64,000 nucleotides of DNA from Callorhinchus milii (GCF_018977255.1 NW_024704743.1:44704001-44768000), one strand, 5' to 3'. Counted from the first letter of the stretch, positions 36,876-50,383 are shown. Program-made: numbers and translations. Notes: a model not told the origin generated them from the letters alone.

Positions 36876-38417
36876 GTCAGAATTCCTAGGTCTGTCCAAG
36901 ACATCCCAGACAATGAGAGAACAGATTAAATCACAAAGTCAAGGAATATTTATAGCACAGAAGGAGACCATTTATTCCATCATGTTTGTCTCATCTGGTG
37001 CCAATATCCTACCCCATTCCCCCCCACCCCCCCTAACCCCCCGCTGGAACTGTCTGCTCTAATCTCATTTTACCCGCTCTTTTCCCATAATCTTTAACAT
37101 TACTTTTTTCTTTTAAGTATTTAGCCAATTCCCTTTTAAGGCTGCTCAGAACTTCAGCAGATTGCATTAGGTTGGAACAGAAACGGCCATACTGTGTGCT
37201 CTCAGAGTATGATGACTAATTTAATCTAGTCAGTCTGTAAGACTGTTTTGTTTTATAATTTAAGATCATGCAGAATTGTATAAAATTCTTAAATTCAATC
37301 TGTATTTGGAAACAATTCTCTTGAAGAACTGTGGAAAATCAACTTGTAAATTAGCAGTGAATTTAAGAATTTTTCACAAACTTTTGCAAACTTACATTTT
37401 AAGCCAACATGGTTTAAAGGCTAAATGAGCCTGGTGGAATGTTGAGCCCTTTTAACGTTGAATTAAGAGCAGGTTTAATGCTGTGACCCCTTACCCACTG
37501 GTAAATGTTTTAAATATATCAAGAACAGCAGCCACAACCATGACAAAATCTTGCCTAAGTGCATATTCCAATTAAGAACGTACTTGCAAGGATAGAACTT
37601 AGCTGCCTATCAAATGTACAGAGTATATGTTTAAAGTTTCTATTTTATTGTGGTGTATTGCTGGGGCTACTTTGCTGATACTGTACTCTTCAAAAAATGG
37701 GATTGATTATCCCTAACATATTCAGCTCTTACAGTATCATTTCTTTTTACACAATACATGTGGTCTCCAGACCCCTGGAACATTTTTAAAGTATATTCTT
37801 TACAGTAATTCAAGTGAAGCCAGGTTTGTTAAGACCCTTGGGATGTCCTCCTGATGTGAAAGGCACTAAATAAATGTAAATTTCCATTGTAATTTATTAT
37901 AATCCTTCATTGTCAGGAATGCAATGGAATATTTGGAATAAAGTGGAATATTTTACCTCACCTGGCAGCTGTTTTACTCACCTAAACTTTACATCATGTT
38001 TCTGTATGAAACATCATATTTTTCCCCAAACATGTAACTTGTATTACCGAAATCAAAACCCCATGGAGATTTTAAAGTAACTTTACAACATTCTTGCCAA
38101 ATTTAACTACAAAACTATGTTTTTCCCTTTAGTTTCACAATGTTGTTCACACCCTTCACACTCAATAGTTGTTTATTCCCTTCACATGGAAATTGTTTCT
38201 CAATAGTTATTTATAAAATTAGGTTTAAGTTTTACAGTATAAAACAAAACAGGTGTTAGTTTACAAAACACACAGTCCTACACTTTACAGTATATTATTA
38301 TTATTTGTAGCATATCTCGTTCTCCTATTCTAATTTCCATTATCATCTGTCATAGTTGTTAGAATAATTATTGAAGATCTATCAAATTAGTCAAATATAT
38401 TTTAGAAAACATACTTT

Positions 38418-38680
38418 ATAATAATTCTTGCATTTGATACAGTGCCCCATCACATCATTGAGATGTCTCAAAGTGCTTCACACAATATACTGTAAAGTGA
38501 ATTGACTATATTTTGTGGGAAAAATGCGGCTGCCAATTGTGCACAGCAGTGTCCCACAAACAGTCGTGGTTTGAGTGACCAAATTATCATTATTATTGTT
38601 TTTGAGGGATTATTACCCGAGGAAAAGCGATCCGCCAATCGACTAATGATCGGGTTCCTACGTACTGGAAGGTAAGCAGA
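38418..38680 (-). mobile_element. SINE family A, 5'-truncated
   Basis: Tail and GCGATCCGCCAATCGACTAA segment. Confidence 0.85.
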
Positions 38681-40134
38681 CGTTTTGCATGACGTTCCAG
38701 TAGGAACTTTCTGCAGTATTGCTATACTTTGTTACTTTGTGTCACAGGAAAATAATGCTTTGCTTCCTTGTGTTCAAATATTTGACCAAACTAATTCACA
38801 CAATTAGAAGTCTCATAGTCTTTGGAGCCTAATGGAAGCTGAGTTTAGCTTGTTAAGTTTCTGCCAGATTTTTTCCTGCTCTGAAGTTACAGAACAAGAC
38901 TATTTTCATTATGTATAACATCTTGTGACATGATTTTGATCTACAATTGAAGGGTGCATAATTTTGAGCAGAATATGTTTCCAGTTACTTTGAGTACCAT
39001 GTCAAAAAGTCATTTGCAAACTTTACAAATGACTGAGGCTGTGAGCCATATGCTTGGACGTAACCTGAATCTTGGAGGCAGCTGCAAATTCAGTCCTTGT
39101 TATTTGGTAGATAAAATTCCCTATATGACTGGTGCTTGTCCAGCTATCAGAATCTTCTGGCAAATACACTGAAAATCAAATTCACATAATTCAGGAAAAG
39201 GCCTTGGCAATAGCTCTTGAAATCACTTGCTATTGTCTAGCTAAGAAAAAAAAATTCAGCACAGTGTTAACTCGTGATCGATTTTCTTTATTTAAAAACA
39301 GGATGATGGTGGCAGTAGCTTTTTAATGAGCAGGGATTTTGATTCTCCTTAATCCAAATTCCCGATAACAACATGCCTTTATTTATCTGCCCGCCAAGTT
39401 AAACAACAAAAGCAAAAGTCACCCGCCGACAGAATTGTAAGGTTGTCTAATATCAGTTACATGTCAGGTTGAGGGGCTCAGCAATTGCGCTCCAGGTTTG
39501 TAGATTTGTGGTTAGGAACTACTCAGAAAATGGCAGCTACTCAGGCAAAACCTAACATTTTCTCAGCGCGTCCCCTTTTCTGAGCATGAATTAGTCTTTT
39601 GATGGATGCTTTTAATGCATTTTATTATTTCGAGCAGCTGTTGTGTCTGCCTGTGGAGATTAGGTGAATCACTGACTGTGGGACAGAAATGCTTTATTCA
39701 GTGCGAGTTGCAGGCAGCAACATACATTCCACAGTAACATCTGTCTCTCCTGTTTCAGTTTCCGCTGTGACACATAACACCTCCTCTTTAACAGCCCGAG
39801 CTGGAATTGTCAACACTGCACATTATAAACAATAATGACACGACTGCAAGTCACCATTATATTTGAAACTTATAAATGTAACAATATTTTAATGGGGTGT
39901 CTTGTAAAAAGTCACATTCCTGATTCTTGTGCTTAAACAGATGGTTGCGAAATAATAGTGCCATATATTTGTGGTGCAGAGACAGAAGCACTGTTAGTGC
40001 ACCCAGCATGTACTGGCTCGGCGAGCTCAGTGTAGGTAATATAAAGTGTCGTTGGATATGTTGACTTGGAGGTTAGAAGGTAATAACCCGTTGTGTCTGT
40101 GTGTATGTATGTTCTAACTTAATAAGACTGCTGC

Positions 40135-40700
40135 TTTTTTCCTTAGCTGGTATCCAATCCAAGCTGAAATTTCCATCCATCTCACCTACACATCAAAATC
40201 CCATAGATAGATTGTTGGAATGGTATCCACACTCTCCCTAGAGGGACGCTCCTGCTTACCTAATTCTAGAAAGTATTAGGTGCAGGTTGGAAGGAGCCAA
40301 AACTTGGAGACCCCAGAGTGTGCGTTGGGGAACTGGTAGAGTCTAACCATCTAAAACTGTATAGTTTGCAATTGATCTTGCTGTCTGGCAAGCTTTCCCC
40401 CTGCTTGTCCAGCTAGGACCACCCTACTGGTTAGGGCTTTGGCTGCAGGGCTAACAGGAGCTGAGTGGGATGATTCCCTGCTCCCAATGACTAGTCTGCC
40501 CTTCCAGGTCCTGCCGTAAGCTGTGCTGTCATCAGCAGTGCCCTGGAATACTGCGGACCCCGGTGTGTCAGGAACCGGACTAGACAACCCCCACAGAGGG
40601 CTGGCTCAATATTTCGTTGCCAAACATGTCACCTTGGAGGCAGTTTAGCTCCAAGGAGATCCTGCTTACTTCCCCCTCAAGGAGGATAAATGAGACAGTG
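40135..40700 (-). mobile_element. Family X copy (may extend to about 40830)
   Basis: Colinear with 34941-35533 and 51918-52464 over about 500 bp. Confidence 0.85.
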
Positions 40701-41559
40701 AACGTTGACCAAAGACCTGAAGAAGACCTTACGTCTGCTGAGTCCTGGCTTTTTAAAATTGAGTTCAGTGGATCCCCAGAAACCCGCTGCCATTCATAAA
40801 GTGGCAAGTTCAATAGAAGCTATTTCAACAGTCTGAGACATTGACAGCAGCAGAGTTTTCATAGTAGGATAATTATCAGCTCACACATCGCATTTTTAAC
40901 CCCACAGGAACAAGAGTGGGCCATTTGGCCCTCGAACTGCTCTGAATGCAGGACATCTGAATGATTATTTCAATTTATAACACAGTAGTACAAATGAAGT
41001 AACAGGCAGGACGCAGAAAGATCTGGACAGATTCCCACTTTGTGTTGCTGTATTATAGGCATGATTGATAGCCAGTCTCTGGAAAAAGTTAACACCCAAA
41101 TCCATCTTTCACAGTTGGCACATGTATAAAAAACAATGGAAAGTTTAAAAGATTACGGGTGCTAATTCCATCACTGCTGCTAACTTAAATGCATACACAT
41201 TTCAATATAAATCAGGCTCAGCACCAGAAGCACTGTAGTAGGATTGGTGAAGGTGGAATGCTGGAGCCACAAATAAATCTTTGTCCAATCAGATGCACAC
41301 CAGAGAGAATGGCTGCTCTCTGCACCCAGTAATCCTGAGGGAGTAAGTATTATGCTTTAAGCAACAACAACAAATTGCATTTATATAACACCTTTCACTT
41401 TGGGAGGACGTCCCAAAGCGCTGAAAGTATCATTTTGCAACAACCAAACAGGGTCTATTGGAGGTCTATTTCTCCCACTCTCTGGAACTCCATTTTTTAG
41501 TGGGTTCAGTTATATTTTCTCCCCAATGGTCTACACCTCTGCTTTTAGTCCCTAACCTC

Positions 41560-42040
41560 TTCTACTGGGGAGCAGTCCCACAGGTATTGATTGCCCTCCA
41601 GTACCTCAGCCAAATGACCATTGTTCACTTTGGCAGTGAGTGTCGCAAGCTGTCACAGCTAGGACTGACCCTCTCCTCACCTGGTTGCTCTACATATCAG
41701 CTGAAGGGGGATGAGAAGCAACAACCACACCAATTCACATTTATATAGAGCCATTCACATGGGATAGCACATCAGAGTGCAGAAGTAGGAGTCCTGTCTG
41801 GTTATATCCTCCCTATCTTTGAAAGACCAGAGTCGATTTAGCCTTCCCACACAGCCCTATCTGAGACTAGCAACAATAGCAACAACTTGTATTTATATAG
41901 CACCCCTCATACAGGGTAGCGTCCCAGAGCACTTGGGACACTCAGCACATTGCTGAGCTAGGGTGAGCTAGCAAACTCATCATAAAGGAAGCGGCAAGTT
42001 CCCAGTCTGTAAGCTGCAGCTTTATGCACAGCACCATTGG
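41560..42040 (-). mobile_element. AmnSINE2-like ancient SINE interrupted by two L2 tails
   Basis: Reverse-complement head TGTGCATAAAG..ACAGACTGGGAA; body CACTCACTG..TGGTCATTTGGCTGAGGTACTGGAGGGC. Family name from recall. Confidence 0.5.
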
Positions 42041-42934
42041 GGATGCCCCAAGGAATGGATCTGTGATGTCTCAGAATGCACTATTATGAGGAAATCCTGG
42101 TCTGTGGAGTGAGTGATCCTCTGGTGTCAGCACTGCCTCTGGATGTTGCTCTTTGTCCAGCAAACAGCACAATGTAATTCCAGCAACAGTTAAGGTCTGT
42201 GTGGCAGCTGTTCTGTGCAACAAACCACAGCTTTAAAACAATCTTTTGAAGTGCAAGTCCATATCCTAGAGACTGTTGGCATGTTCCTTTCATTGCCTTT
42301 TTTTCCCTAGAACTCATGCACTAGTGCTTTGTGTTCATCCCTGTGAACTATACTTGCTGCTGTGCCAGTTTCAGTGAATTAAATAGGGCCCAAGGAATGA
42401 AAAGTAGTACATGTAGAACTGATAACTAATGCAGTCATTAGTGTGTGAAGAGAAGAGTGATTTGACATTCATTCTGCCAGGTTGTGGAGCCTACAAGCAT
42501 GATTACTGACATTTCTATTCATTGTGATATCTGGAGTTGCATGTAGAATGAAGGACATGTTTTTCTGGGTCACTTACATTGCTGAGCTAGGCTGATAAGC
42601 AGCAGTAAAAAGACACAAGGAAGATTTTTCAATTATGTGGTAATCTTTCTGTATGTTTATTGTTGAGTGGAAAATGATAATTTAACAGTATGAGCATTTT
42701 AGTAGTGTTATGTGGTGTTTGGTGACAACACTTCAACATGCTAGTAATGAATTACTGGGCCATTCATGAAGTAAAACAAAAATGAATCAGCTTTTACTTG
42801 AATTTGTATTAGGAATTAATATTTGCCTGTGATTTATGCCAAAATATTTCCAAGTTTGTATTTTTTGAAAATATAATAATATATTGTAAGGTGCCAAAGT
42901 ACAAGAAGACATTGTGATAAGCTCTCTGCAATCA

Positions 42935-43810
42935 TAACATGGGAAAACAGAAACAGGAGGAGGCCATTCAGCCCATTCAGTCTGTTCCATCAATTTATTT
43001 GATTTTGGCAGATCTTTTAATCCCAATGCGCCATCCTTTCACGACATCCCTTAATACCGCTACTTGCAACATCCCATCTTTTGGATGATGCATTAAACCA
43101 AGGTCTTATCTGCCTCTTCAGGTGGACATTAAAGATCCCATGACACTATTTGAAAAGAGAAGGGATTTTCTCCCGGTGTCCTGGCCAACAAATCTCCCCA
43201 CTCACTGGTCACTCACTTCATGACTGTTTGTGGAATACTGTTGTGTTAGTTGGCTGCCATGTTTTGCCCACAAAATAGTCAAAATCCACTTTACAGTATA
43301 TTTATTCTTAAAAGCACTTTGAGATGTCTTCATGGCATGATAAAGCACTATATCAAACGCATTATTATTATTACCCAAGTACCATTCTATCTCTCATGTA
43401 AACACCCTATTAATTCCACACATACAGCTTTCTGGGGTAGATTATTCCATATTGTCACAACCTGCTGTGTGAAGAAATGCTTAGTTCTAACTGTCTTGGC
43501 TCTGATTTTAAGTTCATGCCCCTTGTACTGGATCCCTCCACCAGAAAGAAGAGTCATCACTATCTAACCTGTCGATTTGTTTCATTATTTTAGATACCTC
43601 AATTAAATCACCCTTTAATGTCCTCTGCTTTAAATTAATGAACCCATCTACCGAGCTTCTCTTCATAGTTAAACTCCTTCATCCCAAGTATTAATCTAGT
43701 GAACTGCTGCTGCTCACCCTAGAAGGCTAATAAATATTTTATAAAGTTGGTCGACCAAAACTGAACATCATCCTTCAAATGAAGTCTGACCAGTACTCTA
43801 TACAATGGAG
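42935..43810 (-). mobile_element. CR1 3' fragment interrupted by a plus-strand Deu SINE (43070-43372)
   Basis: GGAGGCCATTCAGCCC 3' UTR, TAGATACCTCAATTAAATCACCC (GDLIEV) and a Deu core insert. Confidence 0.75.
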
Positions 43811-44953
43811 AAACATTTCCTTATTCCAAATGCTTTGTTTTTTTCTGAAATTGTCTCAAGGCACCATTTCTGAAAGGAACAGTGTGTTCATTCTGTGTCC
43901 TGGCCAATATTCTAATCCTCCTTCATCCAAATTCACCCAAAACCTGAATAATTGGTGATTCATGTCACTAACGTTTTGTGGAACATTGGCTAAATAACCT
44001 ACCTCCTTACATAAGAACAGTTACTACCTATTACACATGTGGGTGAAGCACTTTGAGATGTTTCAATGTGACGTTATACCAAATGCAAATATTATACATG
44101 TAATAACATATGTAAAAAGTGGGCCACAATAGCTTTGTCATCCAATATACAGTGATTTCCAAAGGGATTTGTTAGTAAGGAAAACAAGTGGGTATTTCTT
44201 CCAGTTATCGAAAATGCATCATACTGATTTGCAGGAACTATCTACTAATAGCGGATCACAGCAAAGTGGAGTTTCCAGAGGCAGAGAGACATTTCCAGTT
44301 TCCTTACTCTTGGCAGAAATTGCCACATCATTGACATGATTAGGTTACATTACATAACTCCAAATGTGGCAATCATTCCAAATACTGTATTATGAAACAC
44401 AATCACGTTTAAGACTTAACTGCCTCAAAGCAAGCCACCATTGATGTGGGTATATTAATGAAGGAAGCCAGGCCTGAGAGATTGAAAGTCTGCAACGTAC
44501 TCCAGATCATACCAGACTTGAAAGAAGATGATGGATGAGCACCTTGCGTACCATGAGGGTCTAACTGCAGGAAAGGAAAAAGTCATTGGACTTAGAATGA
44601 TGAGAATACGGCAACCATTTATTAAGAAAACTATTTCTCCATAAATGGTACATGACTAATGTATCTCACATAAACTAAATCTGCATTATAATAATCCTTG
44701 CATTTGATACAGTGCCTTTCACATCACGGGGATGTTTCAAAGCGCTTCACAGGATCCAGAGGCTGTAGAAAGATAAAGTGGCGATGAATAACTACAACTA
44801 ACTCACCACTGAATAACCACAACTGACTTACTACTACAAATAGGTTTGCCAACAAAATACACAGTCACTGTACTTTACAATATATTCTTGTGAAAGTGTT
44901 TTGAGATGCTTGAATAATAATGTAATAATAATAATAACGATGCTTGCATTCGT

Positions 44954-45297
44954 GGAGTCCTGTAGCTCAGTGGGTGGAGACATGTAGCTCAGTGGTTAGA
45001 GCACTCGCTTTGCAAGTGAGAGACCTGGGTTCAATTCCAGGCAGGGCGAAACCTTGGGCAAGTTTCCTTACTCCACACAGAGCCTAATAATAATCCCTCC
45101 AAAGCAAAAAACAATAATAAATTGGTCATTTTCAATCTACGACTGTTTGTGGGACATTGCTGTGCGCAATTGGCTGCCGTGTTCGCCCACAAATATACAG
45201 TCAATTCACTTTACAGTGTGTTCTGTGGAGCGCTTTGGGACGTCCTCCCGACGTGAAAAGCGCTATATTAAATGCAAGGTTTATTATTATTATTATT
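44954..45297 (+). mobile_element. SINE family A, short form, with duplicated A-box
   Basis: Nearly identical to 1288-1604; head GGAGTCCTGTAGCTCAGTGG is repeated as GGAGACATGTAGCTCAGTGG. Confidence 0.92.
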
Positions 45298-48200
45298 GTT
45301 ATAGCACCTTATCATGTTGTTGGGACATCTCAAAGTGCTTCACAGAATAGACTGTAAAGTGAATTGATTGTATAGTTTGTGGGCAAAACGTGGCAGCCAA
45401 TTGTGCACAATGTTATGATGAGGCACGATACAAAAAGAAAGGATTATTATTACAACTACAACTTAATAACTACACCTAACTTAACATTGAATAGCAGCAA
45501 ATCACTACCTTTTATCCTTCTAACTTATTAGCAGTGGCCATTTAACAACTGGTCTGTTGGAAAGTGACATTTCTTTGCATTTTAAGTAGCAGTAACTGGC
45601 TGGAGTTAGCACTTAAAATTCTTTAACAGCTTCTGACACAGTGCTTAAAGGAAAAACACCATGAACTAGGTCAAGGGAGTGGTCATAAAATAAAGAGGCC
45701 TGAAAGGATATTACTTCCTAGACAATGGGAAGACCTATATTATTATTGAAGAGTCAAAGATGAGCGAGTGAATGAATTATTATTCAAAACCGTTTGAAAA
45801 AAAAGAAATGTTGATATGCTCTGTTAATTAGCAGCCTAACTGTCTGCAGGATCTCTAAATGTAAACCACAGCTTGATGGGCTTTCAGCATATTGAACACT
45901 GAGTTAATGGCTACTGTGTAAACCTGAAAAAAATAAATGCGTCAAATTCAGACTCAGCTAAGGGTATCCTGATTCACTTGCTGCATAATCCCACTGTGAT
46001 GTCTGTTGCATATTCCACTTTGCTCAGTGTTGTACAGAGATAACAAACACAGCATGTGAGTTAGTTTCACCTCTTTTCTCTTGCTGTAACACATACAAAG
46101 TAAAATGCTTTCACCTATTCTCTCTTCCCCTCCCCCTCTACTGGGAGAACATTCCTCTGCATAATACTTCCTCTTTCTTTAATTTCCTTTTAACTTCCTA
46201 AGCAATGAGGCTTATTGTACATTCACTGTGAGCCTGACAGAAAGAGGTGACCTTTTGTACTATTACTACAAGTGTTTTGCCTCGTGCCTCCCTGGAGTAT
46301 AAACATAAGAATGATTGTGTAAGTATTGTGATGCTGTTTAACACTAGGGAGCAGTGGCCATCCACAGCACAACTGATCGTCGCCAAGAGCACAGTTGGTG
46401 CGTCTTGTTTTGACTTTTGTTTAAATTTCCTTGTTTGTTCGTAACAAAAGCATGAAAAATGCATTAAAATGTTTGACAAAATTATTTTACAAAAGAAAAT
46501 TGGGTATTGTTAATAATAATAATCCTTGCATTTAATATAGGGCCTTATCGTGTTGTTGAGACAACAACAACAAAATTACAATTGTAAAGCGCCTTTCACG
46601 TCGGGAGGATGTCCCAAGGCGCTGACGTCTCAAAGAGCTTCACAGAATGTACTGTAGTATAGTGACTGTGTACTTTGTGACCGAAACTGCTGTTGACTGT
46701 TTGAGTCATGACGGGTGCCTAGCCAATAGTGGGAAGTACTCTGAGATGTCTTTCCACGGTGAAAGGCGTGATATAAATATAAATGATGCTGTTAGCCTTG
46801 CAATAATGTGTAACGGTATGTATGATTCCTAACGGGATAGAGCAAAGTGAACACAGAACAAGATGTTCAGATACAAAAAANGTAGCAGGAAGAGAGGACA
46901 CATGTTCATATTTTCCATTGGAAAATCTGGCAAGCAAGCACTATGAAGTCACATTTGACGACGATTCTCTCCTTCAAGGAAAATAAATCACGTAATAATT
47001 TAAGTGTTACGGCGCCAAATTCATGCACTGCTGTAACACATACATGGCAGTATTCCACTAAAATCTGTGTCAAATTTTTTGCTTATCTTCTTCACATCAG
47101 GCACACAATGACTAATGTCATTTTAGCTGTGTATTCTGAACACACGTTCAGCTTTAATGATTATTTTAGCATACCACTGTTTGAAGATTGAAACTCCTTG
47201 GAGTTTATCATTTTTTATGTGTTCAAATCCATTCATTGTAAAGAACGAAGGCTGACAAATCATCTGATATCAAAATATTCTGCTGAAGGTGTTCTGGTTA
47301 CTATTGTGACTTGTACATTCACAGTAGATAACATTCCCAATGTAGTTTGTGGAGAAAACATTTGGTTAATGTGATAATGATTAACAGATTAGTTGTGAGC
47401 CTGTACAAAATGCTGTTCTGCAACACCTCAGGCAGGACTGTGGCTGAAACTTATGACCAGACATGCATTATAATATTGCTTCAATAGGTAAACCAAGAAT
47501 TACAGAAAAATGAAAATTAAGGCTTAATTTAAGAATTGTCTGAAACTTGTACCCTCTGAAATGCTAAGAAAAACGTCTAAGGTAAAATTCCTCCCTGGGT
47601 GGGGTTCACAATGAAAAAGGGCCTGTGTGTTCTCATAGGCATTTCCTGCTCCAAAACATTTGATGTTTGTGTATTGCTACGTGTTCTGCAGCAACAGCTC
47701 CTTATTTAATCATTTTGCTTATTGTCCAGTGCCTCCTTACAGTACACCAGAAACTAGTTTTGTTATAAATATATTAGTGACAAATTCAAGGACAGAAAAG
47801 TCACATTTCTACATTTTGCTGTTAATGCCTGGGACAAATTGATACTAAGGCTTAAATAAAGTTCAGTCAGGCTGATGCTAAGCTGCCAATGTATTATTGT
47901 TTGCATTGCCATCCGTGAATGTGTGTGTTTGTCTGTGGCATGTTTTTAAAAGCATAAATGGTTTAGCTCATTATCTGAAGTTGTGCTTCAGGTCATCACA
48001 CAATGTCTAAAGAGAACACTTCCCCTCTGATGCACAGGCTTTGGATACAGTCACATGCCACGTTCAGCAAAGAATAATCACAAAAGGATCACAGCACTGC
48101 CTTTTATAAAACTCAGTTGTTACTCTTTGATTCCAGTGTTTAGTCCCAGAAATGTTCATGCACAATTACACTCAGTCTAATTTAATGGAGCTGTCCCCAC

Positions 48201-48359
48201 CCTGTATTATGCCAGTGATCCAGGAAGAGGGACCACATGGAATGGAATTTATCCTGTTTCTTCAAGTCTCGGAGCGGGATAATCTCCTCTGCCTTTGCAG
48301 CCTTACATGATGACTGACCCCTCATTGTTAAGGAGGTGGCTCTAATTCTCTCTTTGTGA

Positions 48360-48755
48360 CATTCGGCCTCTTGCCACATTTAATATTAGGTTCCAGGGGT
48401 ATTTCCAAGTGCAGATCTATTTATCCCTGCAATCTCTCCATGGCCTATGTTTGTGATCCCCTTCACTGCCCCAGCCATGCCCTCTGCTCAGAAACCTGGC
48501 CTGCTTCATATCCCCTGCCTGATCCACATCAGCATCGGTAGGCGAGCTTTCAGTAGTTCTGCCCCTACTTTCTGGAACTCCATTTGTTTCATTGTCTGAA
48601 GTGATATTGTTCAATAGATTAGTTGTGAGCCTGTACAATATGCTGTTCTGTAACACCACATCAGCCTGCACCAGGCAGCACCAGGCTGTGTGGGTAAGAT
48701 GTATGACCATCTCCTTCCCTTCAAAGTCTGCCTTAAGATCTACTTTTTTCACTGT
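48360..48755 (+). mobile_element. Old L2 3' fragment containing a locally templated insert
   Basis: CTCCATGGCC..CATCGGTAGGCGAGCTTTCAG..CTGGAACTCC [insert] ..TTCAAAGTCTGCCTTAAGATCTAC. Confidence 0.65.
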
Positions 48756-48779
48756 GTTTTATCCCATCCTGGTTAATGA

Positions 48780-48925
48780 GTCAGGTTGGCTCATGTGTTT
48801 CAGCAATGCCCTGGAGTACTGAAAAGGCTCAGGATCTGGACTACAGAGATCACCACAGAGGGTTGACTCGATTTCAATATTCTGTTACCAAACATATCAC
48901 TTGGGAGTCAGCTCAGACTCGGTTT
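48780..48925 (-). mobile_element. Family X internal fragment
   Basis: CAGCAATGCCCTGG..GGCTCAGGATCTGGACTA..CACCACAGAGGGTTGACTC..CCAAACATATCAC matches 52325-52445. Confidence 0.75.
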
Positions 48926-49214
48926 TCCTCTCCTCAATTACTAGTTGGTCAATGGATTAATGGGATCTAGACTTTATGAAAAAAAATCAGAGTAAAGATG
49001 GTGTTCCACTAACTGGATTCCAACAATGCTGACCAGTGGGGTGGATAAAGAATTTTAAGATGTATTTGAGGCCATGGAGAAAAGTAGGAAGTCAAAGTGA
49101 AAAAATCTCATCTCATCCCCTTGTCTCTTTAAGTATTCAATACTTCATTCATTTCAAACTGGAGCCTTACAGGTCGGGAGAGTGGAGTCACTTCATTGTT
49201 CACACTTCATCACT

Positions 49215-49420
49215 AATCAAAGAGAACCAGAGTTATATTTTTCTGAAAATAAAAGGGATGAAACATTTCTTACACCCGTTAAACCAAGTCTACCTATTCA
49301 GGTGGATGGTAAAGATCCTGTGGCACTTCAAAAAGAGAAGGGAGTTCTAAAATTGATCATTCACTTCATGCTTTTTATGGGACATTGAGGTGTACAAATT
49401 GGTTGTTGCATTCACCTACA
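49215..49420 (+). mobile_element. Deu-domain SINE core fragment
   Basis: TTCAGGTGGATGGTAAAGATCCTGTGGCACTTCAAAAAGAGAAGGGAGTT. Confidence 0.7.
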
Positions 49421-50383
49421 TTTGTTTGTAGGCTGTTTTATTTTTTTGTATTGGCAAACAAGCTTCCTTATGCTATTAATAACATGATTTTGAAGGACAT
49501 GATGTGATGTGATATGACAAATAGAAAAATGAAATGCGTCAGTCAGTGAAAGTTTAGCTCATCTTTAGCTTGTTAATAGAGATTGAAAATCAAATGAATA
49601 CGTTTCATGTGAACAGATTGCAAGGACAAAATTAAATGGGCTAGAACCTCAAAAGGGTACAATTTACAACAATGTAAAGTAGTTCAGATAAAGGATTTCA
49701 AGTATTGCAGCTCCCTCCTGAATTCATGAGCAAGCAGATCATAAAAATTTAATATTTTAGATAGTAGACAGGAGGATAGCAACTGAAATAATAAGCTGGT
49801 TAATAAAGATTTCACCACAGGACAGATCTACAGAGTGTATGAGGGGAGGGAAAGGAGGGCTTTTGTGGAGTAACCCTTTAAACACTTACAATCGTTTGTG
49901 AGGTTTGATGTGCTGGTATTTTGCAAATTTCAAAGAATTGTTAGAACCATTTGTTAGGAAGAAGCTTATACTGTGCATTGAAGTTGTGGTGTTTAACCAA
50001 AGGAGTGTTTGTTATTGCAACAGCATGAATTTGAAGGGCAAAAGATTAGCATAACCCTGTGGGTGGTAAAAATAGTTAACAAAATAATAGAAAGAAAAGA
50101 CTTGTTCTCATTGCAGCACGAATGTGGTTTTAGTTAAGTGACAATGCCAAGTTCCAGCATGATTGTTTCCTGGTAACTTTTAGTAGCATAAGAACATGCA
50201 GGAATGGAAAAAACATATTGCATTCAATCTCAATTTGTTTTAAACCTTTATCCTGTGAAACGGCATTCAAATAATCCTTGCATTTGCATTTTGAAATGCT
50301 GCAATCCACAGGCAGCAATGACAATGTTGGGAGCTGGAGGCTTTGAACAACTTCATGCCAAAGCGTTGTGCCAAAGTGTGTGT

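Noticed and set aside
40351..40813. Similar ORFs here and at 52216-52692 suggesting a family X protein
   Set aside because: Frames break differently among copies and no domain is recognisable; the similarity follows from DNA homology.
44415..44538. Short open frame ..MKEARPERLKVCNVLQIIPDLKEDDG*
   Set aside because: Weak acceptor and no recognisable homology.
46348..46397. Possible 50-nt plus-strand exon (TAG|GGAGC..TTG|GTGCGT)
   Set aside because: Weak polypyrimidine tract, not frame-preserving, peptide unrecognised.
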